64,000 nt of DNA from the NCBI RefSeq assembly GCF_009914755.1, contig NC_060928.1; one strand, written 5' to 3'. The DNA comes from the human T2T-CHM13v2.0 reference genome, Homo sapiens. The notes under the pieces were generated by a model, which was not told the DNA's origin, ran no database searches, and saw nothing but the letters and a program-made list of their open reading frames with translations. The position numbers and the translations under genes were made by a program. Shown in pieces: positions 58,976 to 64,000 of this stretch; the first letter of the stretch is position 1; each line of letters opens with the position of its first letter.

Positions 58976-59776
58976 ACTGACCATGCAGTAGGAAAGAAAA
59001 GCCCATTTTCTGGGAGAAATTAAAGCCTGCTGCAGAAATTTGCATAAGTAAAGAGCTGAATGTTAGCCAAAACAATGAGGAAAATCCCTTCAGGACATTT
59101 CAGGGACTTTTTCAACACCCCCTCCCATCACAGGATTGGAGGCCTAGGAAGGAAAAACGATTTCATGGGCCAGGTCCAGAGCCCCACTGTTCTGTGTAGC
59201 CTTGGGACATGGTGCTCTGCATCCCAACTCCTCCAACTCCAGCGATAGCTAAAAGGGGCCAAGGTACAGCTTGGGCCATTGCTTCAGAGGGTTCAAGCCC
59301 CAACCTTGGCAGCTTCCGTGTAGTGTTAGGCCTGTGGGTGCACAGAAGGCAAGAGTTGAACTTTGGGAAGCTCCAGCTGGATTTCAGAGGATGTGTGGAA
59401 ATGCATAATGTCCAGACAGAAGTCTACTGCAGGGAAGGCACCCTCATAAAGAACCCCTTTGAGGTCATTACAAAGGGGAAATGTCTGGTTGGAGCCCCTA
59501 TAAGAGTCCCCACTGGGGCACTGCCTAGTGTAGCTGTAAGAAAAGGGCCACCATCCTCCAGAGCCCAGAATGGTAGATTCACTGACAGCTTGAACTGTAC
59601 ATCTGGAAAAGCTGCAGGCACTCAATGCCAGCTTGTGAAAGCAGCTACAGGGACTGTACCCTGCAGAACCACAGGGACAGTACTGCCCAAGCTCTTTTGA
59701 GCCCACCCCTTGAATCAATGTGGCCTGGATGTAAGACATGGAGTCAAAGGAGATTATTTTGGAGCTTTAATATTTA
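58976..59776 (+). mobile_element. MST/THE1 internal fragment, no flanking LTRs seen
   Basis: gctgcagaaatttgcataagtaaagag...cccactggggcactgcctagtg...gacatggagtcaaaggagattattttggagcttta. Confidence 0.88.
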
Positions 59777-60811
59777 CCTAATGTAATTTTAGAACAATAA
59801 AACACATTCCCATCAAAGACCTAATTATTTAAATAATTACATAAATTTAATAATTCAAAAAATTATAATGTCAAAATGGATGATAAAACTCTGGTGATAG
59901 ACTTAATACCCTCTCATTATACTTGGAAATTTGTAATTAGAACAAAGACTAACCATATTGGTCATAAATGCACCTTCAAAAGACTCACAATATAATTAAA
60001 TTATTTTTTGTCCTAATGACAGACATTGAAAGGCTTTTTTGTGGAACTTTGATGAGTTTTATAAACTGTTATAAATTATTCCATCTTTGTTTTCAGGGTC
60101 TTACTCTTGTTTTAGAAGAAAACGAGACTTTTCTTTACATTGAACCCAGGAATACTGTGTTTAATTTCCCCCAAAGGCAGAGTCCTCTGTCTTGGTACTC
60201 ACTGTAAAGGAAAATAGTAAGAAGATCAAAAGACTATTATTAGCACCATTGTTTCCATTTAAATTGGTGTTGGGGCTCTGATTATCCACTAGATGCTAAA
60301 AGTTGTTGAGGTGCTATAATGGCTTACCTCTTGAAAATAAAGTCATAAAGAAAATTGAACTACATACAAGCTACATCACTTGACATTTTCATAGGAGACA
60401 AGCAGTTTCACAGCAATCTTTACAAGTGTCCCTGAACTTACATTTTTTGCAACTGTTTTTGAAAGTTGGTAACCTCACTGTTTCCAGATGCAGTGAGTGT
60501 TTCCACACATAAACTTGCAAGGCAGTGAGAAATTCTGAGTCCTTGGGCCATATACAAGATATTCAAGCCTGTAGTGTACCAACTCCTTTGCAATTCTGGA
60601 TATCCAAAACTATTTTGACTTATCTCTGCAGAGAATATTCTAAAGGGAAAGTATTCTTGATGCTAGTACCCTTCCCAATATTACTAGAACATCTAATACG
60701 AGATGCAAAAGGCACAGCTTGGTAATGGCTATTTGTAATATATTTCAATGTCTTAAAATAGATTCATCTCACCTTAACTGAGCCTGAGAGATTTGTAAAT
60801 ATGAATCTTAG

Positions 60812-61322
<511 letters not shown>

Positions 61323-63044
61323 TACAGACATCATTTATACTGTTAAGAACATCTGAAAGACTCATAAGGATTTCTTAGGGGCATGACTCTACCTCACAGT
61401 GTCATTTTATTGTTATTGCAGGACTAACTTGTACTGAAATTATGAGTTGCTTAAAGATAGATTCTTGCATGTATAATTGGGGATATAAAGTATCCATAGT
61501 AACAGACCAGGGTAAACCTGAATCAGTCACTTCTAAGGAGATATTTAAGAATGACTGGATAAATATAAAACCCCTAAAGGCATATCTAGGGACATTAGCA
61601 ATGGCTTTTGATTATGCTTTCTGCAGCTTTAATAGAAGAATTATTTATTTTCTGATAACTCCAGGGCAAATTCTAAAAATGTGATTACTTATTACTTATA
61701 ACAAACTAATGGCTTTGCACACATTTAAAGAGTTTGTTTAGCTAAGCAGAAACACAAATATACTGTATCAGAACAGGGATTCACAATTAGCAATGTTTTT
61801 ACATTTTTTGTCATAGTTGTTGCTTGTTTTGGTTTGGCTTGCTTTGGGTTTTGGGTTATTTTGTAAGCTACAGAGTTTTAAATGTGCTTGGTATAGAGTA
61901 TTAGTTGCAACAATAAAACAGTTTTCTTTAATGCCTATCTTGTCCTGAAGTTAATTCTAAACAGTCTCTACGAATAAATATTATTCATATTTATTTTGGG
62001 AGTGCTATTTTGTGCATATCTTAAGGCTAAAGATTTTGAATGCATCCTTTAAAAATAAATTCATGAAACTTTCACTTCTGAAAAAATCATTTTATGTCCA
62101 CATCATCTGTTCCTGTCTTAGAGGCAAAAAGCCAAGTTGAATAAAAGAAATAACCTTTGAAAAACAACAAATTATACTTGATTTCAAAATCAGAATTTTC
62201 TCTACCCATCAGCCAAAATTCTATGAAAATATTTGTCACATATTGAAATACTCATTGGAAATTGGAAATTGGAATATGTCTTTAATTTTAAGTCAATCCA
62301 GCACTTTTTAATATTGATATGTTAAAAGATGCTATAAATTTAACAATATAGAGATTAAGATTTTGATATAATTGCATAGAGTTAAAAATGAAAGTGTTAA
62401 CACAGACATTTGCATGTGTTTAGGACATAAATTTATTGCTTTTAAGTATATTAACAGATTAGCTTTCTCAAAATGCTTTTAAAATTGAATTCAATAAAAT
62501 TTGTCTTAAAACTTATCCTAGCATGTATATTTTTTTCTTTGTGCTGAAGCTTTCATGCAGATTTATAATTTGTCAGAAGAAATTTAGCATTATATTATGG
62601 GCCTTTAACTACCTCCTGTCTCTCATCATTTTGTATAAAAAGTTTTCTCCTGAGCAGAAGAGAATTTTTCTTGTAAGACTCTGTGTACAATGCCACCTTA
62701 GAGAACTTTATAAGCTATTGTCATAGCTTATACCTTTTTTACATTTTTTTATTTTTTGTACAAAAATAAAATGTACAAAAATGTACAGAAAATGTAAAAA
62801 AAAAGTCATAGCCATAGTTATCTGCTATCTTAGAAACAGTGACAGCCAACGAGAGTTTGCTCATTCCTGATATCCAGATACATTTATTTAAGCATACTTC
62901 TCAGCTATGAATCAAATAGCCTCTCACAAACTTTTAAATAGGCAAAAAGAAGGCATAAGAAAATGCTTCTTTTTGCTGGCACCATAGCAGGGTGAAAAAT
63001 TCAATAGCTTTTCTTTTATAATTCCTGAATCTTAGTATACTTAT

Positions 63045-63682
<638 letters not shown>

Positions 63683-64000
63683 AAAGTGTGCATGATTTTA
63701 GAGATAGGAAGAGACACATTTCTAATTGCTATTTATTTACCTATGTCTATTTGCAACAAATTGTTCCTAAAACACTATCATCTTCACATTTAGTATCAAG
63801 GTGTTCCAGTTATCTATTTTTGTATAATAAACCATCCCAAACTTAGAAGCTTACATGACAATTTTCCCATTTAAATGAAAGGGCAGTGCTGAAGTGCCAG
63901 ACAATGAAATCCCTCTTAGTTGACCACACCACTTTCTAAAATGAGAAAACTATGTTTGTATATTACCAAATGTGTCAAACAGAGAATGGTAAATGGTTCA

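Noticed and set aside
59209-59739. 163-aa and 137-aa ORFs
   Set aside because: They lie within an MST/THE1 internal fragment, a common repeat-derived frame.

Overview
This is AT-rich, gene-poor primate (almost certainly human) genomic DNA, intergenic or deep-intronic. I cannot support any protein-coding exon, RNA gene or CRISPR array. The listed ORFs are chance frames in Alu, L1, LTR, Tigger or low-complexity DNA. Transposon relics dominate: about 20 Alu elements or monomers, truncated L1PA and old L1M pieces, MaLR (MST, THE1, MLT1) LTRs and internals, two LTR12 (ERV9) solo LTRs, a TIR-to-TIR Tigger1, a MER91-like element and a decayed ERVL gag-pol region. Family calls come from my recall of consensus sequences, not a database search, and boundaries are approximate. 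I found no new multi-gene system. The best unexplained structures are local rearrangements: (1) an ungapped 109-bp, 78%-identical inverted pair at 8718-8826/10504-10612 that I cannot assign to a family; (2) a ~330-bp inverted duplication spanning an LTR/AluJ junction (22660-22975/24375-24700) plus a much younger 42-bp third copy; (3) a CpG-rich LTR12C with a mutated poly(A) signal inserted inside an AluY; (4) several perfect hairpins and an AT-rich quasi-palindrome.
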